From: a virus
Lineage: Duplodnaviria; Caudoviricetes
IMG/VR virus record: IMGVR_UViG_3300035670_000189
Coordinates: 1,670 to 65,669 of that record
DNA: 64,000 nt
Reading direction: 5' to 3' (one strand)
The position numbers and the translations under genes were made by a program. Shown here in pieces: positions 47,112 to 56,355 of this stretch (the first letter of the stretch is position 1; every line of letters starts with the position of its first letter). The notes below the pieces were generated by a model. The model did not search any database. It was not told the origin of the DNA and saw nothing but the letters and a program-made list of their open reading frames with translations.

Positions 47112-48938
47112 TCAGCAGTCTCCATAAGATTTACCCATGCCCGACTCGCAGTTCACTGGCAGTCCAGCGGCCCACTCGGGTACCCAGCGCATGCACTCCT
47201 CGACGTACTTCTGCGCATCCTCAGCGTCACACTCACGCACGCACACAGCGATGGCGTCATGCACGGTCAGCACAACCTTGTACCGCTTGGCGATCTTGAC
47301 CATCTGCTCGGCGATGATGCAACGGGCAATCGCTTGGCACACGTTCTCCACCACCTTGCCGCCGTAGATACGGGTGCGCCCCTTGCGGGTCTGGTAGTGA
47401 AACTCCACACCCTTCTCGGTCTGGTCAAAGCGCAGGTCGTCGTAGCGCATCAGCAAGCCAGAGGGCAGACGGATGGCGCGTTCCTTGGGCACAACCTCAA
47501 GCACACCGGCACGGCCCAGCGGAGCAGAGTCACCACGTGACAAGTTCACCAGCATGTTCTGAGCTTGACGCCACAGACGCGAGATCGCGTCGTTGGTGCG
47601 ACGGTAAATGTCGATGATGCGTCGGGCTTCTTCCAAGTCCACCTCAACACCAAAGGTCTTCAACTGTGCTTGGAACTTCACAGCCCCCATGCCGTAGCCT
47701 GCACCGAGAATTGTGGTCTTGCCCACGAACCGCTCGTCCTTGGTGATTGCCTCGATGTCCTTGGCGTAGATGGCCGATGCCATCTTCTTGTACACGTCCC
47801 GGCCCAGCGTGAAGTCCTCGACCAGATCGTTCTGCTCGGCCAGCCATGCCAGCACACGGGCTTCAATCTGTGCAGAGTCAGCGTCAATGATGACGTAACC
47901 CTTGGGCGCGATGATGGCCTTCTTGAGTTGGTTGGCGTTCTTCCCACGGCTGGGCAGGTTTTGCAGGTTGATCTTGTCGTCACCACCGAACCGGCCAGTG
48001 TGCGCAGCGTAGTAGCGAATCGGCACAGGCAGGTTGCCACGCGATGCAATCTCGATGAACCGCTGGGTGCGGGTCTCCTCCAGCGTTGACTTGTTACCCA
48101 GTCGTGCGTTGACGATAGTCTGCACCCGAGCATCTTCGTGTTCAGCCAGAGCCTTGAACTCCTCGTCGTTCTTGGCGAACGCATAGGCCAGCTTGCCCGT
48201 GGTCGGGCTGATCTTCATCGGAGGCGAGACGCCGAACGATTCGAGCAGACGTGCGAACTTCTCATTGGACATGAGTTCAGACTTGTCCACGCCAGCGGCA
48301 GTAAGCAAGTCCTCCTTCATCATCTGCACCGTGCGCAGGTGACCTTCCAACAACTCCGTGTCCAACTCCAGAATCGGCTCGATGAACATACGCAGGGTCA
48401 GGTCAATGATCTTGAGTTCCTGCTTGGGAAACCCACGCGCCATCTTGTTGAACAGCTTGTACGTCAACTCGACATCGTTTACACAGTAGTCCCCGTATCT
48501 TGCGAGGTCGGCTTCGCTGAAATGGTGTCGGCGTTTTCCGATGGCGTTGAGGACTTCGGTTCCCTTCTGTCCGATGGCATACCGCTCAGCCAGAGCTTTA
48601 AGCGAACCGCCAACTTCCACACCGTGAAGGGCACGGCCCATACACAGAGTGTCAAGCCAACCCCGAGGACTAATACCGAAGCGCCAACCAAGGATAGCCC
48701 CGTCAAAAAGGGTGTTGTGCGCCAAGACCATAGAGTCCGACCACTTAAACGACTTCTGAAGCCATTGCTTGAGTTCTTCATGTGTTCCACTTGCCCACTC
48801 CGTTTCTCCGTTGTTGACCTTCACACCAATGCCGATGACCTCAAACTGAGGGCTCCGCACGTATTCTTCGGTCGTGATTTTAGAAAGACTGAAATCCCTA
48901 TCATAATAGGTCTCCATGTCAATTGTAATTAAATCCAT
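47112..48938 (-). CDS. polA: DNA polymerase, family A (3'-5' exonuclease plus polymerase)
   Basis: IDMET, AHN..FD, HTGR, NLQNLP, motif A DSAQIEAR, motif B RFVGKTTILGAGYG, motif C VHD. Confidence 0.92.
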   Translation of the reverse strand: MDLITIDMETYYDRDFSLSKITTEEYVRSPQFEVIGIGVKVNNGETEWASGTHEELKQWLQKSFKWSDSMVLAHNTLFDGAILGWRFGISPRGWLDTLCMGRALHGVEVGGSLKALAERYAIGQKGTEVLNAIGKRRHHFSEADLARYGDYCVNDVELTYKLFNKMARGFPKQELKIIDLTLRMFIEPILELDTELLEGHLRTVQMMKEDLLTAAGVDKSELMSNEKFARLLESFGVSPPMKISPTTGKLAYAFAKNDEEFKALAEHEDARVQTIVNARLGNKSTLEETRTQRFIEIASRGNLPVPIRYYAAHTGRFGGDDKINLQNLPSRGKNANQLKKAIIAPKGYVIIDADSAQIEARVLAWLAEQNDLVEDFTLGRDVYKKMASAIYAKDIEAITKDERFVGKTTILGAGYGMGAVKFQAQLKTFGVEVDLEEARRIIDIYRRTNDAISRLWRQAQNMLVNLSRGDSAPLGRAGVLEVVPKERAIRLPSGLLMRYDDLRFDQTEKGVEFHYQTRKGRTRIYGGKVVENVCQAIARCIIAEQMVKIAKRYKVVLTVHDAIAVCVRECDAEDAQKYVEECMRWVPEWAAGLPVNCESGMGKSYGDC

Positions 48939-48939
48939 G

Positions 48940-49443
48940 TCAAATGTCCTTGTAAGTTTCTCGTCGTACGACGAGGCTGATGACTCGTTGGCTTACACCA
49001 AACTCGTTGGCTAGGGGGACTTGCTTCGCCTCCCCAGCGTCGTACCTTCGACGAATTTCCCGCACCTGCTCAGGGGTTAGCTTCGCGTTGGTGTGTTCGC
49101 TCTGTGGTTGTCGCTTCCGCCCCTTTGCATAAGCGTCAAGCTGGTTGGTTCGCATCGACCCTAAGAACAAATGCTCTGGGTTACAGCACAGTCGGTTGTC
49201 GCACTTGTGTAGGACAAACCGCTTGTACGTCTTGGCTTTCCCCTCGTGGCGAAATCCTGTCTCAAGACCGATGCCCCCGTGCGTGAGGAAGTACGCCACC
49301 CGATGCGCTTGTACACGTAGGCCGTGCCACGACAAGTTACCGTACCCGGCGCTTGTCGTTGACCCTTGCCACTCCCAGCAATCTGTTGGGTGCTTTCGAC
49401 GTACTTTGGCCCAGAAGTTTTCAGGTGTGTTTTTTGCGCTCAT
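48940..49443 (-). CDS. HNH homing endonuclease (3) with C-terminal HTH
   Basis: FW.KV....CWEW.G....GYG...AHRVAY...VLHKCDNRLCCNPEHLFLG...N..D, then AKLT..QVREIR. Confidence 0.9.
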   Translation of the reverse strand: MSAKNTPENFWAKVRRKHPTDCWEWQGSTTSAGYGNLSWHGLRVQAHRVAYFLTHGGIGLETGFRHEGKAKTYKRFVLHKCDNRLCCNPEHLFLGSMRTNQLDAYAKGRKRQPQSEHTNAKLTPEQVREIRRRYDAGEAKQVPLANEFGVSQRVISLVVRRETYKDI

Positions 49444-49476
49444 GTGGGTATTGTACACAGTCTACGTGACGTTGTG

Positions 49477-49794
49477 TCAAATCCAAGTCTCTCCGCCCGT
49501 CAACTCATTGAGCTTTTGTTTGTAGTGGAAGTACTTGCCAGCATCGGGGCTGTCCTTCTTGCCTTGGCGCATGGCGTACTTGATCATGTTGCCCTTGAGG
49601 TAGCCGCGAAACTCCTCCGGGGTCAGCAGTGCTTGCATCACATCCCACGGTTGTGGTGACATGTCTTTGTAGTGGGTGCCACCCACCTGCACATCGTCGG
49701 CTTTCTGTACTTCGGTCATTTCTACTCCATCAGTGTCAAATCGGGAGTCATAGCATGCGCACCCCCGTTCAGCGCATCCACGATCGGCAATCAA
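49477..49794 (-). CDS. DUF3310 protein
   Basis: QVGG.HYK....QPWD....GYLKGN.IKY..R.GKK. Confidence 0.8.
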   Translation of the reverse strand: MIADRGCAERGCACYDSRFDTDGVEMTEVQKADDVQVGGTHYKDMSPQPWDVMQALLTPEEFRGYLKGNMIKYAMRQGKKDSPDAGKYFHYKQKLNELTGGETWI

Positions 49795-49982
49795 AACAAT
49801 GCCTCCTCGCAGTCGTCAATCGTTGTGCTCTTTGGCGCGTGCTTTCGGCCCCACTTCTTCAGTTCTTTTGGGCACACCGTTCCAAAGGGCCACACGGGAT
49901 ACTTCAAGGATGCGTGCCAATGCGTCTTGGAGTCCATCTCTGTCTGCTTGGATTGCGTTGAGTTCTTTTTCAAGTCGTTCAT
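49791..49982 (-). CDS. Small hypothetical protein overlapping 49816-50163
   Basis: Its stop is ATGA-coupled to the DUF3310 start; start uncertain. Confidence 0.45.
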   Translation of the reverse strand: MNDLKKNSTQSKQTEMDSKTHWHASLKYPVWPFGTVCPKELKKWGRKHAPKSTTIDDCEEALF

Positions 49983-50163
49983 TTCTTGCTCTCATCATTC
50001 GGTTTTCTGTCTCTAGTTCTGCGACCAATAGGTCAAGTTCTCTGTCGTCCATACTGTCTCCTTCCGGTCGTTGGATTACGTCGTGCCCCGATTGCTTGTA
50101 AGCCTCGGCTCTCCACAGCGCGGCGCGGTACCTGTTGCGTTCACATAAGGGGCACGTGTGCAT
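49816..50163 (-). CDS. Hypothetical coiled-coil protein
   Basis: CPLC N-terminus, ELETENRMMRARNERLE; coupled to the upstream stop. Confidence 0.6.
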   Translation of the reverse strand: MHTCPLCERNRYRAALWRAEAYKQSGHDVIQRPEGDSMDDRELDLLVAELETENRMMRARNERLEKELNAIQADRDGLQDALARILEVSRVALWNGVPKRTEEVGPKARAKEHND

Positions 50164-50591
50164 CAGTACAGCCCCTTCAGATCAGGTGGTGCGTAGTTCG
50201 GCCCCTTCGTGATCTTGCCGTTGGCATCGAAGATGGGCTTGCCCTCGTGGTCATACTTGCTCCAGTTGGAGCGGTTGACTCGGTAGATTGCTTCGGTCGG
50301 CTTCATCTTGGCGCAGTGGCCCACACCAACCGCTGTTACCACTTGGTCAGCCAGCGAGTCGAGCAGTGGCTCAGGGTCAATCATGGCGATCTCGATCGTG
50401 CCGCGCTTCAAGCCCTCGGACAACTCAATGAGCTTGTCCATCAGCGGCGTGAGGCCAAAGCCTTCGAGTGCAATACTCTCCAACATCTCCGTGAACTCCT
50501 CGACGTGACAGCCCAACTGCACGTTCAGGTCTTTGTCTGTCGGGTTCGGGCGTGCACGCTGGTGCCACATTTCAATCAGGTCAGTGCTCAT
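50163..50591 (-). CDS. MazG-like / all-alpha NTP pyrophosphohydrolase
   Basis: EEF.E...LLDSLADQ.V...G...V..SN.SK......GKI.KGPNY..PDL. Confidence 0.8.
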   Translation of the reverse strand: MSTDLIEMWHQRARPNPTDKDLNVQLGCHVEEFTEMLESIALEGFGLTPLMDKLIELSEGLKRGTIEIAMIDPEPLLDSLADQVVTAVGVGHCAKMKPTEAIYRVNRSNWSKYDHEGKPIFDANGKITKGPNYAPPDLKGLY

Positions 50592-50803
50592 GAGGTAATT
50601 CCTTTTGCGATGCGTCGATACTGTGCGATGTTGTTCTTGAGTGAACGTGGGTCGCACGCGTTCTTGGTTACTATTTGAGGCTGATCGAACTCAGCGAACT
50701 TGAGCAGGAAGTGACTACCACTTCGCGGCTCCACATCAACGACGTGGAAGCCAGCCTTCTCGTATGCCTTGACCTGCTCACGCAGGACTCTTGGTACGTT
50801 CAT
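50588..50803 (-). CDS. Small protein, possibly HicA-like fold
   Basis: AGF.V....R.GSHF.......IVT....DPR.LKN. Confidence 0.55.
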   Translation of the reverse strand: MNVPRVLREQVKAYEKAGFHVVDVEPRSGSHFLLKFAEFDQPQIVTKNACDPRSLKNNIAQYRRIAKGITS

Positions 50804-51272
50804 CTTTCTTCTCCACTATGGGCACCATCTTGTGTGACCGGTACTCTTGGTCAACAAGTTTCAGCGCGTTCTCCATGTCTTTGATTGTTGCCACGTCCAT
50901 CTGGGCGTCGTGCAACTCGACCAGCGTGTTGAGGGCTGACATCTCAGCCGCACGCAGAATGAATCGGTGGGACTCAGCCCCACGTCGTGCCGTATCTCGC
51001 AGTGCATTGAGCCCGGCCTTTACTTCGTTGCCGTACTCTGCGCCAAAGCCGAGGCGGTACAGTGCTTCAGTGACGTTGCCCATGGTGATGAGCACATCTA
51101 TGTCAGCACGTGTTGCCATGCCAGTGGTCAACGCAGTCAACGCCGCATGGTTCTTGATTTTGAGGTCAAGCAGATACGAGTTGTGCGCGGCCAGCGGTGA
51201 CATGCTCTCCAGCACGTAGCCCAGCGGGTTCAGTAGAACCCCCTTGGGCCTGTACTTACTGCGCTTGCGCAT
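50778..51272 (-). CDS. Hypothetical protein
   Basis: MRKRSKYRPK start; LHDAQ motif; coupled ORF. Confidence 0.7.
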   Translation of the reverse strand: MRKRSKYRPKGVLLNPLGYVLESMSPLAAHNSYLLDLKIKNHAALTALTTGMATRADIDVLITMGNVTEALYRLGFGAEYGNEVKAGLNALRDTARRGAESHRFILRAAEMSALNTLVELHDAQMDVATIKDMENALKLVDQEYRSHKMVPIVEKKDERTKSPA

Positions 51273-51447
51273 CAAGTCCTCGCTTGGCTAAGTCGATCAA
51301 CCTGCACAGTTCATCGGCACGGAGCCCGACACTCCATGAGCCCACGTCGTACGTCTTGTTGTGCAGGTGGTCGTCAATCTCACAGCCCGACAGCATCCTG
51401 TAAGTCACAAGGGTCTCAAGGCGCTCAATCAACTCTTGATCATCCAT
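51256..51447 (-). CDS. Hypothetical protein
   Basis: 63 aa from ATG 51447, fills the gap. Confidence 0.6.
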   Translation of the reverse strand: MDDQELIERLETLVTYRMLSGCEIDDHLHNKTYDVGSWSVGLRADELCRLIDLAKRGLDAQAQ

Positions 51448-51448
51448 G

Positions 51449-51625
51449 TCACACCCCAAACATTCTGCGCCACACGCGCTCGTACCACGGGGTATGGATG
51501 CCAAGCAACGCACGTTGTAGCAACTCAGCGTGCACACCCATGTCCACTACGCGGCGGGGCGGCGTGTACATACAGCCGATCTTGATCTTGCCCGTGTCGT
51601 ACGGGATCACAGTGTTGTGAGCCAT
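51449..51625 (-). CDS. Small hypothetical protein (58 aa, absent from the ORF track)
   Basis: Manually translated: MAHNTVIPYDTGKIKIGCMYTPPRRVVDMGVHAELLQRALLGIHTPWYERVWRRMFGV. AAGGAG RBS upstream. Confidence 0.65.
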   Translation of the reverse strand: MAHNTVIPYDTGKIKIGCMYTPPRRVVDMGVHAELLQRALLGIHTPWYERVWRRMFGV

Positions 51626-51897
51626 GATGTCACTCCTTCCATGTTGTCTTCGTTAACGACCCACACCGCGCCGCCCTGCGCGGCGATGGAGTCGATGTTC
51701 TTCTGTTGTAGGGCGGTGGGTTTGTTCTTACCAGCCTTGCACTCGATGGCAAAGAACTTACCCTTGTAGCAACCCACGATGTCAGGCACACCACTGCCGC
51801 CGTACCCGCCAGTGACGGGGTAGAAAAAGTACGCACCCAACAACTTGAGTTGTGCCACGACCTTCTTCTTGACTTTGACTTCTGGGGTGTCGGCCAT
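51607..51897 (-). CDS. VRR-NUC domain nuclease (Holliday resolvase-like)
   Basis: TPE..VK...GVPDI......F.AIECKA....PT.LQ. Confidence 0.85.
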   Translation of the reverse strand: MADTPEVKVKKKVVAQLKLLGAYFFYPVTGGYGGSGVPDIVGCYKGKFFAIECKAGKNKPTALQQKNIDSIAAQGGAVWVVNEDNMEGVTSWLTTL

Positions 51898-52331
51898 TAC
51901 GACCTCCCACCCAGTGCACGCACGAGGTTGCGGAAGCGTTCACGCACTTTGTCGAACACGGTTGGCTCGGGCTCGATCATGGTGATGGCAAACGGTGGTT
52001 TGTCCAAGAACTCGGGGTGGTGGCGCAGGGTCTCTTTGACCAATGCGCGTTGTTGCTCAGGACTCAGCGCAGATTTTTGTTTGCGTTCGGCCTCGATAAT
52101 TGATGCCAGTTCCTTGGGTCTGACTTTGCGCTTCGGGGGTGCGCCTATGCCCTCGGCAGGTTTCGGCGCAGGTTTGCCGATCGAGCCAAGGCCACGCTCT
52201 TTGTTGATTTGGTAGCGCAGGTTGTAGACGACTTGGGGTTTGACGCCCAGCTTCTCGATGATCACCTTGTTGGTGTACCCGCGATCAATCATCTCACGCA
52301 CGCGTTGAGACATACTCTTTTGCTTTGCCAT
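51897..52331 (-). CDS. HTH-containing hypothetical protein
   Basis: RVREMIDRGYTNKVIIEKLGVKPQVVYNLR. Confidence 0.65.
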   Translation of the reverse strand: MAKQKSMSQRVREMIDRGYTNKVIIEKLGVKPQVVYNLRYQINKERGLGSIGKPAPKPAEGIGAPPKRKVRPKELASIIEAERKQKSALSPEQQRALVKETLRHHPEFLDKPPFAITMIEPEPTVFDKVRERFRNLVRALGGRS

Positions 52332-52374
52332 TTCTTCTCTCCATTGCCACCCCGTAGGGTGGACTTCACACACG

Positions 52375-52962
52375 TCAAGCGGACGTGGACGCAACTGATG
52401 CAGTGGTAGGGGCATACACCCAGAACACTGACTCAGATATTCGACGACCTACACCAGCCAACTCTCCAGTAGGCGGGGTGCTATCCAGCACCATCAACAC
52501 GGCAAGACGTTCCTTAACCCAGTCGGGTAGATCGTCCACTCGATCATAGTGTCCCTCCAGTGCCGAGTCAACACTTTCGAGACCGAAACAGACCACATCA
52601 ATACCCTCGGCGTAAACACGCACCCGGTATGTCTTGTCATCTGGCACTGTGCCCCCTTGCGACGTGCCCCCTTCGGGCGTGGTCGATACCATGTACAAGT
52701 ACCCACCCGAGGCGATGTACAAGTCCTTGCGCTTGACGTGCTCCACTGCCTTACCACGCTCGGCCCAATCACGACCGCTCAGCAGGACACGTCGGGCTGT
52801 CCTGTCAGCAGGCTCGTTCGGGTACCACTTCTCAGGGTCAGCATGATGTGCCATTGCAAGGTAGGCGTCAGCGTGGTGATCTGTTATGGGTACGCCCTTG
52901 TCGATCATCATCTGTACCATGCGTAGCTCGGTCAGTCCGACCTGAAACTTGCGCCCACTCAT
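52375..52962 (-). CDS. Hypothetical protein
   Basis: 195 aa; C-terminal DLPDWVKERLAVL....GVGRRIS..VFWV resembles the C-terminus of the adjacent gene. Confidence 0.65.
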   Translation of the reverse strand: MSGRKFQVGLTELRMVQMMIDKGVPITDHHADAYLAMAHHADPEKWYPNEPADRTARRVLLSGRDWAERGKAVEHVKRKDLYIASGGYLYMVSTTPEGGTSQGGTVPDDKTYRVRVYAEGIDVVCFGLESVDSALEGHYDRVDDLPDWVKERLAVLMVLDSTPPTGELAGVGRRISESVFWVYAPTTASVASTSA

Positions 52963-53927
52963 TGCAACACCCAGTAGGATGTTGGCGACACGCGCATGCC
53001 CAGACCTTCGACGAACGCCTCGCCCTCCAGCATAGACAGCGCGGCGATCTTGTGCCCAATGTCCTCGGGCAACTCCTCGGGGGTGTATGCCTTGATCTCG
53101 CCCAAGTTGCGGACAGTCGCACGCTTCATGTCCAGTACCTCAGCCACGTCAAACATCTGACCACCTGCGAAGTCGCGCACCAGCACGTACCACCCGTGGT
53201 GGGCTTGGTTCTGCCGCTCCACTGACTCCTTGTACTTGGCAATCAGGTCACGTGCAACGTCACCCAGCACAGGGTTGTTGAACTGATACCCCGAGTTGAT
53301 GATCGCTTCCAACTCCATCTCGAACGACAGGTTGTTGACGAAACTCTCCTTGGCACTCCGATGCTCAGACGATGCTGTCCACATAGCGGATGACAACTTA
53401 TGCTGAAAGTCAGACAGAGACATCATGGCCACCTCGGGTGTACCGTAGCGGCGCAGATACTTCTTGGCGTTCTTGACTGCCTTGGTCACGTCCACACTCA
53501 TCGCCATGTAGTACTGATCATGATCTTCACCGAACTTCTCGTTCTTGATACCACGTGCATACACCGCGAACTTGTCATCACCCGTGCCCGACACAGCAAA
53601 ATCGGCGTAGCCCACCAGACCCAGCGCGTACTCGTCGCCGGGGTAGTACGCCCACAGGGTTTGCAGAACCACGTTGCTACCCTTCCACACGGTCTTGGCA
53701 CCACTGCGGCTGTACCCGAACTTGATACCGCGCAACTCTTTGCGCAGTGCTTCACAGAACGTCGCTGTCTGCACGTCCACACCATGCACCCCATCTACGT
53801 TTCGGGTCACCATGGCGTAGTACCGCTCGTCCGACTCGTTGGTTGTGCGCACCTCGGACTTGGCTTTGTCGATGTACTTCTGGGTCTCCGACTCCAGTCG
53901 GGACACTTTCAAATGGTTGAAACTCAT
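52959..53927 (-). CDS. Hypothetical early protein
   Basis: About 322 aa; C-terminal ELPEDI..KIAALSM....VEGLG.RVS...YWV. Confidence 0.7.
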   Translation of the reverse strand: MSFNHLKVSRLESETQKYIDKAKSEVRTTNESDERYYAMVTRNVDGVHGVDVQTATFCEALRKELRGIKFGYSRSGAKTVWKGSNVVLQTLWAYYPGDEYALGLVGYADFAVSGTGDDKFAVYARGIKNEKFGEDHDQYYMAMSVDVTKAVKNAKKYLRRYGTPEVAMMSLSDFQHKLSSAMWTASSEHRSAKESFVNNLSFEMELEAIINSGYQFNNPVLGDVARDLIAKYKESVERQNQAHHGWYVLVRDFAGGQMFDVAEVLDMKRATVRNLGEIKAYTPEELPEDIGHKIAALSMLEGEAFVEGLGMRVSPTSYWVLQ

Positions 53928-53928
53928 G

Positions 53929-54876
53929 TCACACCTTCTCAATCTTGTAGAAGCCAAGGGCTTGGTTCATCACGCGGTTGTATGCCGCCTTGATACTGCG
54001 GATGTCATCTTGCGATTCAATCGCACGCTTGCCACCGATGTCGGCGATCACCATTGCGGCCACGGCTACACGCAGTGGATGTTCTTCCTGTGTGACGATC
54101 TCACGCACCAGTTCAGTCGGCATGTGCTTGACACTGCGAACCCACGGGTTATCAATACGCCCCCCTGCGGGTAACTGCGCGATGCGCCATTCCCTGATCA
54201 GCGTTGCATACTCTTGCTGACCACCCCATGTGGTGTCAATCATTGGTGCGATCGCCGCACAGTACGTGTAGAAGCTGTCCACACGTTCACGCCATTGCTT
54301 CTTGAGTTCTTTGTCCACGCGCTTCACCTCTACTTCAAGTTCTTCCCCTACACGGGTAAACGTACCGTCACCGTTCACACGGAACATGAGGTACACGTTG
54401 TCGTCTGTAAACTTCTTCGTGCCGTGATCAAACCGCACGTCACACTTGGGCAAGCGGAACTCCGCATACCCTGTCGGTGTCTTGGCACGCACCCAGTGCT
54501 GGCCCTGCTGGTTGTAGTGAAACCGCATGTCCATTGGCAGGTGCCAGTGCAAGAAGTTATAGCGAGTCACACTGACGTTGCGTCTGGTGTGGTTGCGTAT
54601 ACGGATGAAATCGCCGTCCTCGCGCCGCATCCACGTGATCGCCGCCATGGTGTTCTCCCACGCATGTTGCTCGGGATGGATCGAGCCCCAGATGGTGTTG
54701 CCATAGTTGCCGTCGAGCAGTGCGTAGGTGTTCTCGTCGATCTTCTTGATGCGCTCCCACTTGCGGCCACGGTCACCGATAGGACGCACGTCGTGCTCCT
54801 TCGTGTGATGCTTGCTGATCATGGGCTTGGTGCGTTCGTACCACGACACCACTTGTTCAAACTTGTCGAATCTCAT
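53929..54876 (-). CDS. Hypothetical early protein
   Basis: 315 aa; D.RPIGDR.RKWERI.K. Confidence 0.7.
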   Translation of the reverse strand: MRFDKFEQVVSWYERTKPMISKHHTKEHDVRPIGDRGRKWERIKKIDENTYALLDGNYGNTIWGSIHPEQHAWENTMAAITWMRREDGDFIRIRNHTRRNVSVTRYNFLHWHLPMDMRFHYNQQGQHWVRAKTPTGYAEFRLPKCDVRFDHGTKKFTDDNVYLMFRVNGDGTFTRVGEELEVEVKRVDKELKKQWRERVDSFYTYCAAIAPMIDTTWGGQQEYATLIREWRIAQLPAGGRIDNPWVRSVKHMPTELVREIVTQEEHPLRVAVAAMVIADIGGKRAIESQDDIRSIKAAYNRVMNQALGFYKIEKV

Positions 54877-55100
54877 TTCTCGTCCCTCGCTTTGATCATG
54901 GCATCGGCCACAGCATAGGAGGCGAATGCGTAGGTTGAGTCACTGCTTGCGCCAAAGGTCGTGCCGTTCGGGGCCGAGCGAATGAGTGATTGCATCGCCT
55001 TGGCCGCAAAGTAGTCGCGCAGGGTCATGCCTTGCAGATTGCGAATCAATGCTCCTTCGTCAACGGGAAACGCTGGCCCGCCTGTGTTTGTATTGTTCAT
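54873..55100 (-). CDS. Conserved small phage protein (GGPAFP...GMTLRDYFAAKAM family)
   Basis: Recognisable motif plus AY..ADAMI.AR. Confidence 0.8.
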   Translation of the reverse strand: MNNTNTGGPAFPVDEGALIRNLQGMTLRDYFAAKAMQSLIRSAPNGTTFGASSDSTYAFASYAVADAMIKARDEK

Positions 55101-55113
55101 GTTGGTTACTCCG

Positions 55114-55383
55114 TTACTTAGTTACTTCGCGCATCGAAAAATGTTTGACTTGATCGGCACGGATGCACAACGTGTCGCTGTCATTCCACAGGGTCAGATA
55201 CCCGGTGTTCTTCATTTCCTTCACAAGGTGTGGCACCACACTGGGTGACGCCTTCACCATGAACTCATGCTTGGTGCCATCCATGAACACAATCTCAGCG
55301 ATTGAGTAGGCATCACGGTATTCCGGTTCGGCTTCTTGATCCCAGTGTGGGACACGTCGTGGTTGCTGTGTATAGATAGCCAT
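55114..55383 (-). CDS. Hypothetical protein
   Basis: GGAGG RBS before ATG 55383. Confidence 0.65.
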   Translation of the reverse strand: MAIYTQQPRRVPHWDQEAEPEYRDAYSIAEIVFMDGTKHEFMVKASPSVVPHLVKEMKNTGYLTLWNDSDTLCIRADQVKHFSMREVTK

Positions 55384-55384
55384 G

Positions 55385-55609
55385 TCAGTCCTCCATGCCG
55401 AACTTGAGTTCAGCCTCTTTCTTGTCCTTGAGAATGGCACGCAACTCATCACGCATGTGATCGTCCTCGATCAACTTCTTCGTGAAGATAGACGCACCCA
55501 TGAGTAACTTCTCACGGTGCTTGGCAATGCCGTAGTAGTGGCCAGCCGCCGCACTCGCACCCGCCGCCCAGATGAGCAGGATGGCTTCCAGTGTTGTGAT
55601 CTCAATCAT
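55385..55609 (-). CDS. Hypothetical membrane-anchored protein
   Basis: AAGGAG RBS; hydrophobic N-terminus. Confidence 0.65.
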   Translation of the reverse strand: MIEITTLEAILLIWAAGASAAAGHYYGIAKHREKLLMGASIFTKKLIEDDHMRDELRAILKDKKEAELKFGMED

Positions 55610-55869
55610 TTCGTTGCTCCTTCGCATTGTTTACGTAGCGCACTCAGCGTCTCCTCACAGGTACGCCCGTTTGCAATCTCGATGAACTCATCAGGCTCAC
55701 CATCCACTGTGTTGCCCGTGTCGGCGTAGACAACAATCGTGTCACCGATGTCTTCCATACTTACCTTCACGTTGTGTTCGACGAACCACTGCTCATCTTC
55801 TGGCAGTACGTTGCGCACGTCGATCACTTCGGTGCGCCCATCAGGGCGCTTGTAAAGCGTCACATTCAT
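55606..55869 (-). CDS. Hypothetical protein
   Basis: AAGGAG RBS; ATGA coupling. Confidence 0.7.
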   Translation of the reverse strand: MNVTLYKRPDGRTEVIDVRNVLPEDEQWFVEHNVKVSMEDIGDTIVVYADTGNTVDGEPDEFIEIANGRTCEETLSALRKQCEGATK

Positions 55870-56342
55870 TTCGTTGCTCCTTGCTTGGGCCAGCCGAGCT
55901 TGCTCAGGTCAGCCATCACGTTTGCCAGTGCTGGCAGGTTCTTGGTCGGTTCCATCTCAGTGGGGTAGTACTTCTTGAACTCAGGGAACGTGGTCATAGC
56001 TTGCTTGAGCGTGTTGATGCCACTGAACGCATGCGTCAGCTTGCGGTGCATGTCGCTACGTTCTTGCTCCTCTTGCTTGTACGGCGCAGTGATTTCTTTG
56101 ATGACGTCGTTGCTCACGTCACCCACGATGACATCGTGCCAGTTGAAGTACTGGTTGGTGTAGGCCACACTCGTGCGGCGCAGTGCATCGGGCTTAGTCT
56201 TGTACAGCTTGCGCACCTCGGGCGACATGGCTTTGACGATCTTGGCGATGATGTCCTCGGCGCGTTTCACCTTGTCGATAGGTGGGGTGTCCTGCATGAT
56301 GGCGCGGACGATAGCTTCTTTGTGCAGTTTGGTCAGTTTCAT
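55866..56342 (-). CDS. Nmad5-like (nucleotide-modification-associated domain 5) protein
   Basis: MKLT....EAIVRAIM.D...NTLKQ....FPEF.KY.P...NLPA. Confidence 0.65.
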   Translation of the reverse strand: MKLTKLHKEAIVRAIMQDTPPIDKVKRAEDIIAKIVKAMSPEVRKLYKTKPDALRRTSVAYTNQYFNWHDVIVGDVSNDVIKEITAPYKQEEQERSDMHRKLTHAFSGINTLKQAMTTFPEFKKYYPTEMEPTKNLPALANVMADLSKLGWPKQGATK

Positions 56343-56355
56343 TTCGTTTCTCCAG

